From an uncultured Candidatus Saccharibacteria bacterium (lineage in GTDB: Bacteria; Patescibacteriota; Saccharimonadia; Saccharimonadales; UBA10212), in NCBI GenBank assembly GCA_964400155.1, contig CAYNSQ010000004.1, positions 1 to 60,219 on the forward strand: a DNA stretch of 60,219 nucleotides. Direction: 5' to 3'. Shown here piece after piece: positions 33,317 through 42,994 of the stretch; the first letter of the stretch is position 1; each line of letters starts with the position of its first letter. A program made the translations under genes and the position numbers. A model generated the notes under the pieces. That model was not told the DNA's origin. It was given only the letters and a program-made list of their open reading frames with translations, and did not search any database.

Positions 33317-34459
33317 TTAAGCTTTTAACAACGACTCTAAAGTATCGATAGTTTTCAAGATATCGCTTTGGGTTGTTTGGCGACCAAAACTTAGTCTAAG
33401 AGACGAACGTGCATCATCATCACTCAGTCCAATAGCCGTCAATACTTTTGACGGTTTATCACTGCTAGCACTGCAGGCACTTCCCAGAGCCACCATTACT
33501 CCCGCTTCATCCATCTCCATCATCAGTCGTTCGTTGTCACAGCCAGTAAAAGTTATATTTAAAATATGAGGACTAGCATTTTTAGCAGGAGAATTAATTT
33601 TAAAATCTATGGATGTTTGTTGCAATTTTTTCGCAATTAACTGCAACATGCCTCCAACTCTACTGAATTCACTCTTATGGTCATATTGAGCTTGTGTAAA
33701 TGCATAGGCGAGCCCACAAATAGCTACAGCATTTTCGGTACCAGAGCGTATACCATATTCTTGACCTCCCCCAAGTATTAAAGGTTTGATAACAGTCCCG
33801 GTTTTTATATATAAAAAGCCACTTTGTTTCGGCCCGTATAATTTTCCACCATTAACGCTCATTAGATCAATACCAAGCCGCACGGCATTTAGATTAAAGT
33901 AACATCCGGCCTGCGCAGCATCGGTATGCAAGTATAAAGGTAAGGTTATATTATTTTTACTTCTATCTTTGCGAATTTGTTGCAGTATAGAGTATATGCC
34001 CTTTATATCTTGTATTGTTCCAAGTTCATGGTTAACTAAAGCGGTGCTTATTAGTACCGTTTGCTTGTCAATTAGCTTCTTTAGATCATCTAGTTTCAAT
34101 CTTCCGTTTCTATCTACACTAGCTAGTTTTGTATTGTAATTTTGAGCCGGGGCTAAGACTGATTCGTGTTCTATTGGCAACGTAATCATGTTTGCTTCTG
34201 GAAAAGACTCCATCACACCCTGTATAGCCAGGTTATTTGCTTCTGTAGCACCTGTTGTAAAAATTATTTCTGCTGGTTTTACTCCAATACTTGAGGCAAT
34301 ACTGTGACGTGCGTCTTCTATTGATTTCTTGACAGCTTTAGCAGCCAAATATGTAGCCGAGGCATTATAAAATTGTTTAGAAAAATATGGTTTCATTACT
34401 TCCAAACAGCCTTCACTTACCGGTGTGGCTGCAGCATAGTCCAGATATATTTTCTTCAC
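33317..34459 (-). CDS. iscS: Cysteine desulfurase (IscS/NifS family)
   Basis: YLDYAAATP, FTTGATEANN, HTDAAQ, GGKLYGPK, RSGTEN, SACS. Confidence 0.9.
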   Translation of the reverse strand: MKKIYLDYAAATPVSEGCLEVMKPYFSKQFYNASATYLAAKAVKKSIEDARHSIASSIGVKPAEIIFTTGATEANNLAIQGVMESFPEANMITLPIEHESVLAPAQNYNTKLASVDRNGRLKLDDLKKLIDKQTVLISTALVNHELGTIQDIKGIYSILQQIRKDRSKNNITLPLYLHTDAAQAGCYFNLNAVRLGIDLMSVNGGKLYGPKQSGFLYIKTGTVIKPLILGGGQEYGIRSGTENAVAICGLAYAFTQAQYDHKSEFSRVGGMLQLIAKKLQQTSIDFKINSPAKNASPHILNITFTGCDNERLMMEMDEAGVMVALGSACSASSDKPSKVLTAIGLSDDDARSSLRLSFGRQTTQSDILKTIDTLESLLKA

Positions 34460-34461
34460 GG

Positions 34462-35268
34462 TTAAGATCCCGACAGTCTTTCTTCGCCGAGCTTAAATAA
34501 TCCCACAGTATTTATTGTGGTTTGGTCGGCTATCTCTTCAAGGGTACTTTTTCTTATCTCAGCCAAATATCGAGCTACATCCAAAACATGTTTGGGCTCG
34601 CAGCGCTGTCCCCGATGAGGCACTGGAGTCAAAAAAGGTGCATCTGTTTCTAATAAAATTCTATCTAGAGGTGCAATTTTAGCCGACTCTCGCCAACTTT
34701 CTTCTTTGGTGTAGGTAATAAGTCCATTTAAGCCAATATATAAGCCTCTACTTAGAACTTTATCTAATACTTCTGGTGGTGCGCTAAAACTATGAACAAC
34801 TCCCTTTATTGGTTGTTTATGAGTTGAATAATCATCAAATATTTTCCAAAAACTTTGAAAGGCCTCCCGAACATGAAAAATAAATGGTAATCCTGAATCT
34901 ATACCGGCCTCTAGCTGCTTTCGTAGAATTTTTTCTTGATCAGCTCTGGGAGTGTATTCATGATAGTGATCTAGCCCAACCTCACCAATTGCCACGACTT
35001 TTGGTTTTTTTACTAATTGAGAAAATTTAGATAATGCATTTGGGTCTTCTAGAAAATCTTTGCCATCGTGTGGATGAGCTCCAACGCTTGCCCAAACTCC
35101 TTGTGTTGCTTCTGCCAAATCAACAGCCAACTGACTATCTTCTAGGCTGCAACCAACGGCAATCAGTCTTTTTACCCCCGCTTCATAAGATCGAGCCAAT
35201 ACCTCCGATCGGTCGGCATTGTATTTTTCAAAATGTGGATGGACGTGTGAATCAACCAAATCAACCAT
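34462..35268 (-). CDS. tatD: TatD family nuclease
   Basis: DSHVH, GAHPH, GEVGLD, LETDAPFL; start ATG 35268, just after the metG stop. Confidence 0.92.
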   Translation of the reverse strand: MVDLVDSHVHPHFEKYNADRSEVLARSYEAGVKRLIAVGCSLEDSQLAVDLAEATQGVWASVGAHPHDGKDFLEDPNALSKFSQLVKKPKVVAIGEVGLDHYHEYTPRADQEKILRKQLEAGIDSGLPFIFHVREAFQSFWKIFDDYSTHKQPIKGVVHSFSAPPEVLDKVLSRGLYIGLNGLITYTKEESWRESAKIAPLDRILLETDAPFLTPVPHRGQRCEPKHVLDVARYLAEIRKSTLEEIADQTTINTVGLFKLGEERLSGS

Positions 35269-35272
35269 AATA

Positions 35273-36729
35273 CTATTTTGACGTCGGAACTGTTTTTTCT
35301 GCTTTTGGAAAAAGCGAACCATCAAGCGGTTTTAAGACTCCCGTTTCAAATATATCTCGAATCTTACCTGCAGTATCAGGCATAAATGGATATAGAAGTG
35401 TTGCGACCTCAATCAAACAACCCACCATATAAGCAAGTACTTCTCTTAAATGATTTTCATCTTTAGACTTAGCTATCTCCCATGGTTTTGTTTCATCAAT
35501 ATATTGGTTGAGGCCTCTTACCTGTTCCCAAATTTGTTCTACTGCTTTATCAAAACGAAAATCAGCCATTGAAGCTTGAAACGGTGCAATATCATGCCCC
35601 GGTGTGGGAATGTCACCAATAAAACCATCCTGATATTTAGCTATCATGGCAGCCGTACGCGAAACAGCGTTGCCTAACTGGTCAGCAAGTTCGGTATTGT
35701 ATGCTTTCTCAAGTTTTTCCCAGCTAAAGTCGCCATCTTCATATGATGGTATGTGACGGGTAAAGTAGTACCGAAAAACATCAGCACTGTATTTATTCAC
35801 TATATCTACTGGTGCAACCACATTACCAAGTGTTTTGCTCATTTTTTGGTTATCAACATTGATAAAACCATGTACAAACAATGACTTTGGTAGTGGCAGA
35901 CCAAGACCAAGCAGCATTCCTGGCCATATGGCAGCATGAAAACGTGATATGTCTTTACCTATTACCTGCACACTGGCAGGCCAATAATTCTTGAAGTCAT
36001 CATGTTCTGGGTAGCCAAGCACGGTAATGTAATTCATCAGTGCCTCAAACCATACATACATCACTTGAGTTTCATCCCCAGGAACAGCAATACCCCAAGC
36101 AATCTTTTCTTTAGGCCTGCTAATACTAATGTCCTCTAGGCCGGAATTCACTACTGCTAATACTTCGTTTAGTCTTGATTGTGGCACCACTCTTAACTGG
36201 TTGGTTGTTAGCGCTTGTTTTATTTGTTCGTTAAATGCTGAAAGTTTGAAAAAGTAATTTTCTTCTTCAAGTTTTTCATATGGCCGGTTATGTGCCGGGC
36301 AAATACCTTTGTTCTCTTTTACAACTTCTTCAGGAAAATAAGCTTCATCACCAACACAATACCAACCGCTATATTTGCCTTTATAAATATATTTTGCAAG
36401 ATTGGTCCAAATGACTTGGGCTCTTTGTTCATGAGCTTTGTCTGTGGTTCTGATAAAACGGTCGTTGCTAATGTTGAGGGTCTTTAAGAGTTCTGAGAAC
36501 GTAGCACTCATTTTATCGGCAAATTGTTGTGGAGTCAGGCCAGCTTCTTCTGCTTTTTCGGCAATTTTACCACCATGTTCATCTGTACCGGTACAATAGA
36601 CTACCCTTTTTTTACACTCCCAGCATAGCGTGCTAGCACGTCAGCATAGACAAGCTCCATACCAAACCCAATATGTGGTGTGCTATTCACATATGGAATA
36701 GACGTAGTTACATAATATTTTTCTTCCAT
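35273..36729 (-). CDS. metG: Methionine--tRNA ligase interrupted by a 1-nt frameshift at about 36604-36613
   Basis: ATG 36729 gives MEEKYYVTTSIPYVNSTPHIGF (HIGH-like) and stops at TAG 36601-36603; the -1 frame continues VVYCTGTDEHG into ORF 35273..36511 (KMSKT). Confidence 0.9.
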
Positions 36730-36757
36730 TACTTCTTATTGTACCCAGTTTTGGGTG

Positions 36758-36928
36758 TTAAAAATAGTCATTCACTTTAATTGCAACCCAAACTCCAAAC
36801 AAGCCACCGATTAATCCGCCTAAAATACTCCACCCAGATAGAAAATTATTATCGCCCCAAAGAGTTGGAATATAAGAACCTATTGTACCGAAAATAAAAA
36901 CTAATAAATAAACTAAACTTTTGGTCAT
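36758..36928 (-). CDS. 56-aa membrane protein absent from the ORF track
   Basis: Hand translation: MTKSLVYLLVFIFGTIGSYIPTLWGDNNFLSGWSILGGLIGGLFGVWVAIKVNDYF*; TATACT box upstream. Confidence 0.7.
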   Translation of the reverse strand: MTKSLVYLLVFIFGTIGSYIPTLWGDNNFLSGWSILGGLIGGLFGVWVAIKVNDYF

Positions 36929-36986
36929 TTACTACACTAGTATAACTAAAAAAGAAAAGAGAGGGAGGCAATCAAAAGGTGCGGTT

Positions 36987-37018
36987 GCCCCGCACCTACT
37001 ATGAAGTAGGTGCGGGGC
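36987..37018 (-). terminator. Perfect 14-bp GC-rich hairpin downstream of the 81-aa ORF
   Basis: GCCCCGCACCTACT-ATGA-AGTAGGTGCGGGGC. Confidence 0.75.
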
Positions 37019-37029
37019 TTGAGCAGGTG

Positions 37030-37275
37030 TTACTCCACAAAGTGGCTCCCGCCAAACCCGCCGTGGGCGGGCGTTGAAGTCAGAGCCAGCTCACGCTGGT
37101 GTGTGCATGCTGCGAGAAGGTCATCGGTCAGACCGGCGCGCTCGAGCATCCTGTCGATGCACTGCGTGCTGAATCCGCACATCGACAGCTCTGCTACCCA
37201 CCTGCGGTAGCCAGCGACATCGCCTTCCTGAAGGCAGCTGATGGCCTCATCAGCCATTTCGTGTGGACCCTGCAT
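37030..37275 (-). CDS. 81-aa hypothetical helical protein (MQGPHEMADEAISCLQEGD...)
   Basis: Strong SD AAGGGAGG 9 nt before ATG 37275; hairpin after the stop; visibly GC-richer than its flanks. Confidence 0.55.
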   Translation of the reverse strand: MQGPHEMADEAISCLQEGDVAGYRRWVAELSMCGFSTQCIDRMLERAGLTDDLLAACTHQRELALTSTPAHGGFGGSHFVE

Positions 37276-37588
37276 TGGCCTATTGCCTCCCTTGTTGTTT
37301 GTCCGGTGCGGGATTGCACCTGGACTATGTGCTTGGGGGATAACCCATAACTCCCTTACTAGAAGCCATCGGTTTTGCGACCCCATTGCTAGGTTTTTGT
37401 TTTTGGTGCTTATTGAAAAACCTAGCAATCGAGCAACAAAAAACCGAACGCTGCTTGCTGCTTGTTCGTCCGGTTGGTCTTGTCTAAATTTTTTGATTTA
37501 TAGCGCTTGGACTAATTAAGCAGCGGTAGCTCGTGGGACGAGCATAATGCTTGCAAAATTAATTGTGCGCTTACAAACCATGAATACT

Positions 37589-37617
37589 TTTATACACCTG
37601 CACGCTTGCAGATGCAA
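37589..37617 (-). promoter_or_regulatory. Sigma70-type promoter for the 36.96-37.58 kb transcript
   Basis: TTGCAT (37617-37612), 17-nt spacer, TATAAA (37594-37589). Confidence 0.55.
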
Positions 37618-37638
37618 GTATTTTAAATATAAACACTC

Positions 37639-38484
37639 TTAACGTGTCCTTGGAGTCCCAAACTCTTCATCACCAAGCAGGTGTTTTGATAAGTGTGCAA
37701 CACCCATAAGTGCTTTGCTCCTCAGGGTGAAGGCTTCCCTTTCAGCTCTCAATCGAAGATCATAGTCCACGTCTTTATTTTGAAAATGCCTCAAACATTC
37801 CCAGCTTACTTTCTCTAAGGCTGAAGCAAACAAAACTTGAGGCAAAATACTACTATCATTAGCTGAGTTCTCTTTACGCACCTTGGCATTGAACGACTTC
37901 ATAAATGGTTGGTTAGTCAACCAACCAACCAACCTTAATTTAGCTTGGAGTGATTCACCACCAGATTGAAACCAATCTCTAACAAGCTCCTCTTCAAAAT
38001 CTAAAGAAATAAGAATATCTTCCGTTTTTTCATTCTGTCCGGATTTAATTTCCGATATTGTATGCACCTCTCCTAGATCAATAAGGTCATCAATGCTAAT
38101 CGGTTGTAAGTACTTTGCACCATGGTGCTTTTGGTTAAGAGCAAGTCTGTGTAAATAAAGACTAGCGGTGCTAGAAAAATGACCCGCCGTTAATTCGTGA
38201 AGTGCTTCTGTCTTCTTCCTATCTACACCTTGTACCGCTATAACTTGCAGAGCGTTTTCTAAAAATTCAATTTCTGCTTTTTGTGTGTTTCTAATTTCAT
38301 AAATTAGTCTTGCATCAATACCAAAGGGTACATCTATCACTGCTTCTTTAAGTTCAATATGTGCATCCTCTAAGGAATCATCGGGAGTTGTTGCCCCGGA
38401 TCTCATACCCAAGGGTACATCAGGATCAACCCAGGTAAAATCATCCGTAGAACTATCTTTTCCAGACACTTCCTTTTTACTCAT
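37639..38484 (-). CDS. Hypothetical protein
   Basis: 281-aa ORF, TGnTAGAAT 6 nt before the ATG; no family recognised. Confidence 0.65.
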   Translation of the reverse strand: MSKKEVSGKDSSTDDFTWVDPDVPLGMRSGATTPDDSLEDAHIELKEAVIDVPFGIDARLIYEIRNTQKAEIEFLENALQVIAVQGVDRKKTEALHELTAGHFSSTASLYLHRLALNQKHHGAKYLQPISIDDLIDLGEVHTISEIKSGQNEKTEDILISLDFEEELVRDWFQSGGESLQAKLRLVGWLTNQPFMKSFNAKVRKENSANDSSILPQVLFASALEKVSWECLRHFQNKDVDYDLRLRAEREAFTLRSKALMGVAHLSKHLLGDEEFGTPRTR

Positions 38485-38523
38485 ATGTATATTCTATCAT
38501 ATATATGAGTTTTGAGCAACTTG

Positions 38524-39384
38524 TTACTTCTTATAGTTTATATATTCTTCTGATGTAGGTGTTATCTGAAGCACCACATAGCCACTGGCATCTATTTTTG
38601 TAACCGGTGGCGGTAATTGATCTCCGCCATAATTTCTAGGTTTCTTCATCTTCTCGATTATTTCACGACTTAGTTCTACATCAGACAGAATCTCGGCAAT
38701 TCCTAATAATTGCAAGGTTCCGAGTGTGTCTTTGTTAAATACGCTAAGGCATACTTGGTTATGAACCAAAATATTATGTACTTTTCTTGTTCCTGCCTTA
38801 GTTAGAATATAAACTTTGCCGTTTATTACAGTGTAATGGACGGTGGCTCCTCGGACCTCCCCTCCCCTGTCCACAGAAGACAGTACGCCGGTGTTATTGT
38901 TTTTTAGAAATTTGAGCCATTTTGGGCTGACGAAATTAGCTACATCGTTTTTTTCTATTTTTTCATCAACTTCTTTTTTACCTTTTTCACTTTCAATAAT
39001 CATCATCTCTTCCACGTAGTTGGAGAATGCTTCTGCGCAATGAATATTTGCATATCGAATTACATAATTGCCTACAGTGGTTTGCAAGACGACAGTTGCA
39101 AATAAAGTATGTACGTCAAATTCCATACCAGTGACCGCCGAATACATGAGGTCATCCCTGATAGCAACTGTTGGTTTTTTATCTAAAAAGATAATGCGTT
39201 CTTCTGTGGCAATCAACATTGCCGAACCATTATTATGCTGGCCGTATACTACAGCTTTTATATGCTCTTCCGGGTGTATTATTTGAGGTAAAAAACGGCT
39301 TTCGGCTTTAAGTAGACCATAGGCACTCACACCAGCAGCAGATAGTTCTTCTTTGATCCTTTCTACATGTGCCTTGTCAACCAT
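38524..39384 (-). CDS. Bacterial PH-domain / pyridoxamine 5'-phosphate oxidase-like split-barrel fusion
   Basis: N-half AMLIATEERIIFLDKK (bPH-like); C-half GVLSSVDRGGEVRGATVHY...TRKVHNILVHNQVCL (PNPOx-like). Confidence 0.65.
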   Translation of the reverse strand: MVDKAHVERIKEELSAAGVSAYGLLKAESRFLPQIIHPEEHIKAVVYGQHNNGSAMLIATEERIIFLDKKPTVAIRDDLMYSAVTGMEFDVHTLFATVVLQTTVGNYVIRYANIHCAEAFSNYVEEMMIIESEKGKKEVDEKIEKNDVANFVSPKWLKFLKNNNTGVLSSVDRGGEVRGATVHYTVINGKVYILTKAGTRKVHNILVHNQVCLSVFNKDTLGTLQLLGIAEILSDVELSREIIEKMKKPRNYGGDQLPPPVTKIDASGYVVLQITPTSEEYINYKK

Positions 39385-39441
39385 ATTTTTCTTTACAACT
39401 GATTAACTAATGTAACTGACAGAGGATAATAGATTGTTTTT

Positions 39442-39687
39442 CTAGCTGGTGCGGATTTTTATCATTGTTCTTAGGTTGGAAAGATAAAATTCGGGATTAA
39501 CCTTCGGGTGCGTTGTAAGGTAGTGTAAATGTTTTTCGACAAATGTAATTTGGTGAGATGAGTGAAGCGGGTTGTCAGTTGGTTCGGCAGGAGTAAGTAG
39601 TGATGCATCGTCCTGCATTATAGTTAACTGACGCAGTATTTCCTCTTCTGGAATGTGTACTACTTTGGCGATTTTACTAACAGACAT
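39442..39687 (-). CDS. Hypothetical protein
   Basis: 81-aa ORF, collinear with its neighbours. Confidence 0.6.
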   Translation of the reverse strand: MSVSKIAKVVHIPEEEILRQLTIMQDDASLLTPAEPTDNPLHSSHQITFVEKHLHYLTTHPKVNPEFYLSNLRTMIKIRTS

Positions 39688-39748
39688 AAAGTGTTTAACT
39701 AGTGCTCCCGTTTTCTAACACTATTATACCCTATTAGACACTTTATCC

Positions 39749-40963
39749 CTACTGTGGAATGAAGGTAAAAGCATATCCAATACGGCCAGCTCTACCGGCT
39801 CGGCCAATTCGATGTACATAGGCATCATAGGTTTGTGGTAGTGAATAATTAATAACGTGAGTTACGTCTGCAACATCAATACCGCGAGCAGCAACGTCAG
39901 TTGCTACTAGTACACTGACTTTATTTTGTTTAAAACTTTCTAATGCCCGCTGACGTTGACCTTGGCTTTTACCGCCGTGAATAGACTCGGCCTTAAAGCC
40001 CCTAGTAACTAGCTCTTTGCCAAGTCTATCGGTGCTCCATTTGGTTTCGTTAAAAATGATTACTTTGGCCACTTCATCTTTTATGAGAGTGTCGTGAAGT
40101 TTGTCAATCTTATCTGTTGCATCTGAAAACCGAATAACATCTTGATGAACGCTGTCATTAGTGTCAGAAGTTTTTAACATTATTGTCACTGGGTCGGCTG
40201 AAAAAGTATTAATCAAATTCCTAACAGCGGTGTCTAGCGTAGCTGAAAAAAACATACATTGCCGAACAGTTGCTATTTGCGAAATTATCGCAGTTACATC
40301 ATTAACAAATCCCATATCTAGCATTCTGTCGACTTCATCCAAAACAATTGTATTGAAAGTTGCCAAACGAAGCGTACGCCGTTCTACATGGTCTTTTATG
40401 CGTCCTGGAGTGCCAATTACGACTTCCGGGTTCCGTTTTAACTCATTTAACTGACGGTTCATAGAAGTACCACCAATTAGTACTACGCCGTAAAGCCCGG
40501 TTCCGCTTGCCAGTTTGCGAAATTCTGCTTCGATTTGTTCGGCCAACTCGCGAGTTGGAGCAATAATCAATGCTCTGCTGTTTCGGTCATTTAGTAACTT
40601 ATTGATAATCGGAACAGCAAAAGCAGCAGTCTTGCCTGTACCGGTGTGAGCAATACCGATTACATCCTTGCCAGTCAAAGCCAGCGGAATTGCTTGGTCT
40701 TGCACAGGAGTTGGAGTGATGTAGCCATTGTTTGCAAGATTATTTTTTATTTTTTCTGAGATATTAAAGTCTGAAAAATTATGTGTAGTAACATACTCCT
40801 CTTGTTCTGTGAGTCTGGCTACTTTAATAAACCTAGCTGGGTCTATGTATTGTCCACGGTTAGGTTTTTTATTGTTTGTGCGTTGATGCCCACCACCATA
40901 AGTTGGGCGTCGGTTATTTGTTCGATTAGAACTATATCTAGTTCGATTGTTGTATCCGGGCAT
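39749..40963 (-). CDS. DEAD-box RNA helicase (DEVD variant)
   Basis: Q motif, AHTGTGKT, PTRELA, TPGR, DEVD, SAT, HRIGRAGR. Confidence 0.95.
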   Translation of the reverse strand: MPGYNNRTRYSSNRTNNRRPTYGGGHQRTNNKKPNRGQYIDPARFIKVARLTEQEEYVTTHNFSDFNISEKIKNNLANNGYITPTPVQDQAIPLALTGKDVIGIAHTGTGKTAAFAVPIINKLLNDRNSRALIIAPTRELAEQIEAEFRKLASGTGLYGVVLIGGTSMNRQLNELKRNPEVVIGTPGRIKDHVERRTLRLATFNTIVLDEVDRMLDMGFVNDVTAIISQIATVRQCMFFSATLDTAVRNLINTFSADPVTIMLKTSDTNDSVHQDVIRFSDATDKIDKLHDTLIKDEVAKVIIFNETKWSTDRLGKELVTRGFKAESIHGGKSQGQRQRALESFKQNKVSVLVATDVAARGIDVADVTHVINYSLPQTYDAYVHRIGRAGRAGRIGYAFTFIPQ

Positions 40964-41105
40964 AAAAAAAGAATCCTTTTTGTTATTTAGTTATTTACTC
41001 TTGTTGGAAATGAAGTCGAGTAAATTGAAAACTAAACAACCCGGATTCATCAATAACAGTACCAATATATTAGCACAATAAATTTCTCCAGTCAAATGCT
41101 AGTGC

Positions 41106-42932
41106 TTACTTGTTTTGTCTTTTTCTTTTGGTAGGGTCTAGTTCGCGTTTTCGAAGTCGCAAGGATTTTGGAGTAACCTCTAAAAGTTCGTCGTTTTCTA
41201 TAAAGTCTAACGACTCTTCCAGACTGAAAATGGTTGGAGTGGTTAGCTGTACCACACCATCACTACTACTACTACGCATATTGGTTAAATGCTTAGCTTT
41301 GCAGACGTTCATTTCCATATCTTCTTGCCTTTTGTTGAGACCTACAATCTGACCGGCATAAACTTTAACTGCTGGTCCAACAAATGTAATTCCTCGTTCT
41401 TCCACCATTTGTAAGGCATAAGGTGTTGTTACACCTGTCTCAAACGCAACAATCACCCCGCTACGTAGTTGTTGTAACGGAGCACCAAGCGGTTGGTAGC
41501 CAATCATCAAACTATTAAGTATGGCAGTGCCCTTGGTGTTAGTCATAAGTACATTACGTAGACCTAGTAAAGCGCGGGTTGGCAATTTATAAACAAGCTT
41601 TGTAACGCCTTTAGGGCTAGCAAACTGTTCTTGCAAGGTAGCTCGCCGGGCACCAAGTTCCATTTGAACAGCACCCACGTGTTCAGCTGGCACTTCAATG
41701 ATAAGTTCTTCCAACGGTTCAACAGTTTTACCATTTTCTTCGTGAGTCACCACTTGAGGACGGCCAACTTCAAATTCATAACCTTCACGTCGCATTGTTT
41801 CAATTAGTACAGAAAGATGAAGTTCACCCCTTCCGGAAACATTAAAACCAATACCTTCGTCTTCCACTCGCAAGCCGACGTTAGTCTCCAGTTCTTTTTG
41901 CAGACGTTCACCAATTTGTCGGCTTGTAGTAAATTCTCCCTCAGTGCCTTTAAAAGGACTAGTATTAGGACCAATATAAATTTTTAAAGTTGGTGCTTCT
42001 ACTTCAATAACCGGCAAGGCTTCAGGACTATCAGCATCGGCAAGAGTCTCACCAATTTGGGCATCAGCTATGCCAGTTAGCTGCACAATGTCGCCGGCTA
42101 CACCCTCAACTACTTCAAACCGATTGAGGCCATGACTCATATAGACATTGTCGACTTTAGCTTTAATTTGGCTGCCATCTTTTTTGCATAAAACAACCGC
42201 GTCTGCCGGTTTTATTTGTCCGCGAACTATTCTGCCAATTGCATATTTACCCTTAAAACTATCCCATGCCAGCGCAGTCACCAGCATCTGAAAAGGTTTA
42301 TCTCGCTCAACTTTTGGCGCAGGAACGTGAGTAATTATGGCGTCAAAAATTACTGATAAATCGCCTTCTGCCTCGGCACTAGATGGCACTGTCTGCCAAG
42401 CTCTACCGGTACTTCCTACTGCGTAATAGACTGGATAGTGCAGTTGGTTTTCGTGAACGGCTAGTTCTAAGAACAAATCAGCTATTTCATCTTCAACTTC
42501 TTTTACTCGAGCGGCTGGTTTGTCTATTTTATTAATAATAACGATTGGTTTTAACTCATAGGCCAGGGCTTTGGTTAGGACAAATTTAGTCTGTGGCATT
42601 GGCCCTTCCTGTGCATCTACAATAAGTATGCATCCATCAGCCATATTTAAAGTCCGTTCTACCTCACCAGAAAAATCAGCGTGACCCGGCGTATCAATGA
42701 TGTTGATGCGGTAATCATCTTTTTGTACTGCAGTAACTTTAGCAGTAATCGTAATGCCTCTTTCTCTCTCTTGATCACCACTATCCATGATTAGTTCTTG
42801 GTTCATTTCTGCTTGATTACCCCGAAAAGTCTGGCTCTGTTTTAGAAGCCCATCCACAAGGGTAGTTTTGCCATGATCAACATGCGCAATAATCGCGATA
42901 TTTCTAATTTTTGTTGGATCTTGTTTTGTCAT
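41106..42932 (-). CDS. typA: Translational GTPase TypA/BipA
   Basis: AHVDHGKTT, RGITI, DTPGHADF, NKID, GRGELHL, EVTPKSLRLRK. Confidence 0.97.
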   Translation of the reverse strand: MTKQDPTKIRNIAIIAHVDHGKTTLVDGLLKQSQTFRGNQAEMNQELIMDSGDQERERGITITAKVTAVQKDDYRINIIDTPGHADFSGEVERTLNMADGCILIVDAQEGPMPQTKFVLTKALAYELKPIVIINKIDKPAARVKEVEDEIADLFLELAVHENQLHYPVYYAVGSTGRAWQTVPSSAEAEGDLSVIFDAIITHVPAPKVERDKPFQMLVTALAWDSFKGKYAIGRIVRGQIKPADAVVLCKKDGSQIKAKVDNVYMSHGLNRFEVVEGVAGDIVQLTGIADAQIGETLADADSPEALPVIEVEAPTLKIYIGPNTSPFKGTEGEFTTSRQIGERLQKELETNVGLRVEDEGIGFNVSGRGELHLSVLIETMRREGYEFEVGRPQVVTHEENGKTVEPLEELIIEVPAEHVGAVQMELGARRATLQEQFASPKGVTKLVYKLPTRALLGLRNVLMTNTKGTAILNSLMIGYQPLGAPLQQLRSGVIVAFETGVTTPYALQMVEERGITFVGPAVKVYAGQIVGLNKRQEDMEMNVCKAKHLTNMRSSSSDGVVQLTTPTIFSLEESLDFIENDELLEVTPKSLRLRKRELDPTKRKRQNK

Positions 42933-42994
42933 AAAAAAAGACGCTCACTTAGCGTCGCTAAACTAACTAATTACTGGTAATTATACCACTTATG

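Noticed and set aside
36979-37077. Plus-strand GTG ORF of about 32 aa after GAGGGAGG
   Set aside because: It runs through the 14-bp hairpin and has no recognisable features; the SD-like sequence is better explained as the anti-SD of the minus-strand RNA.
37276-37428. N-terminal extension of ORF 37030..37428
   Set aside because: It crosses inverted repeats, and the strong SD points to ATG 37275.
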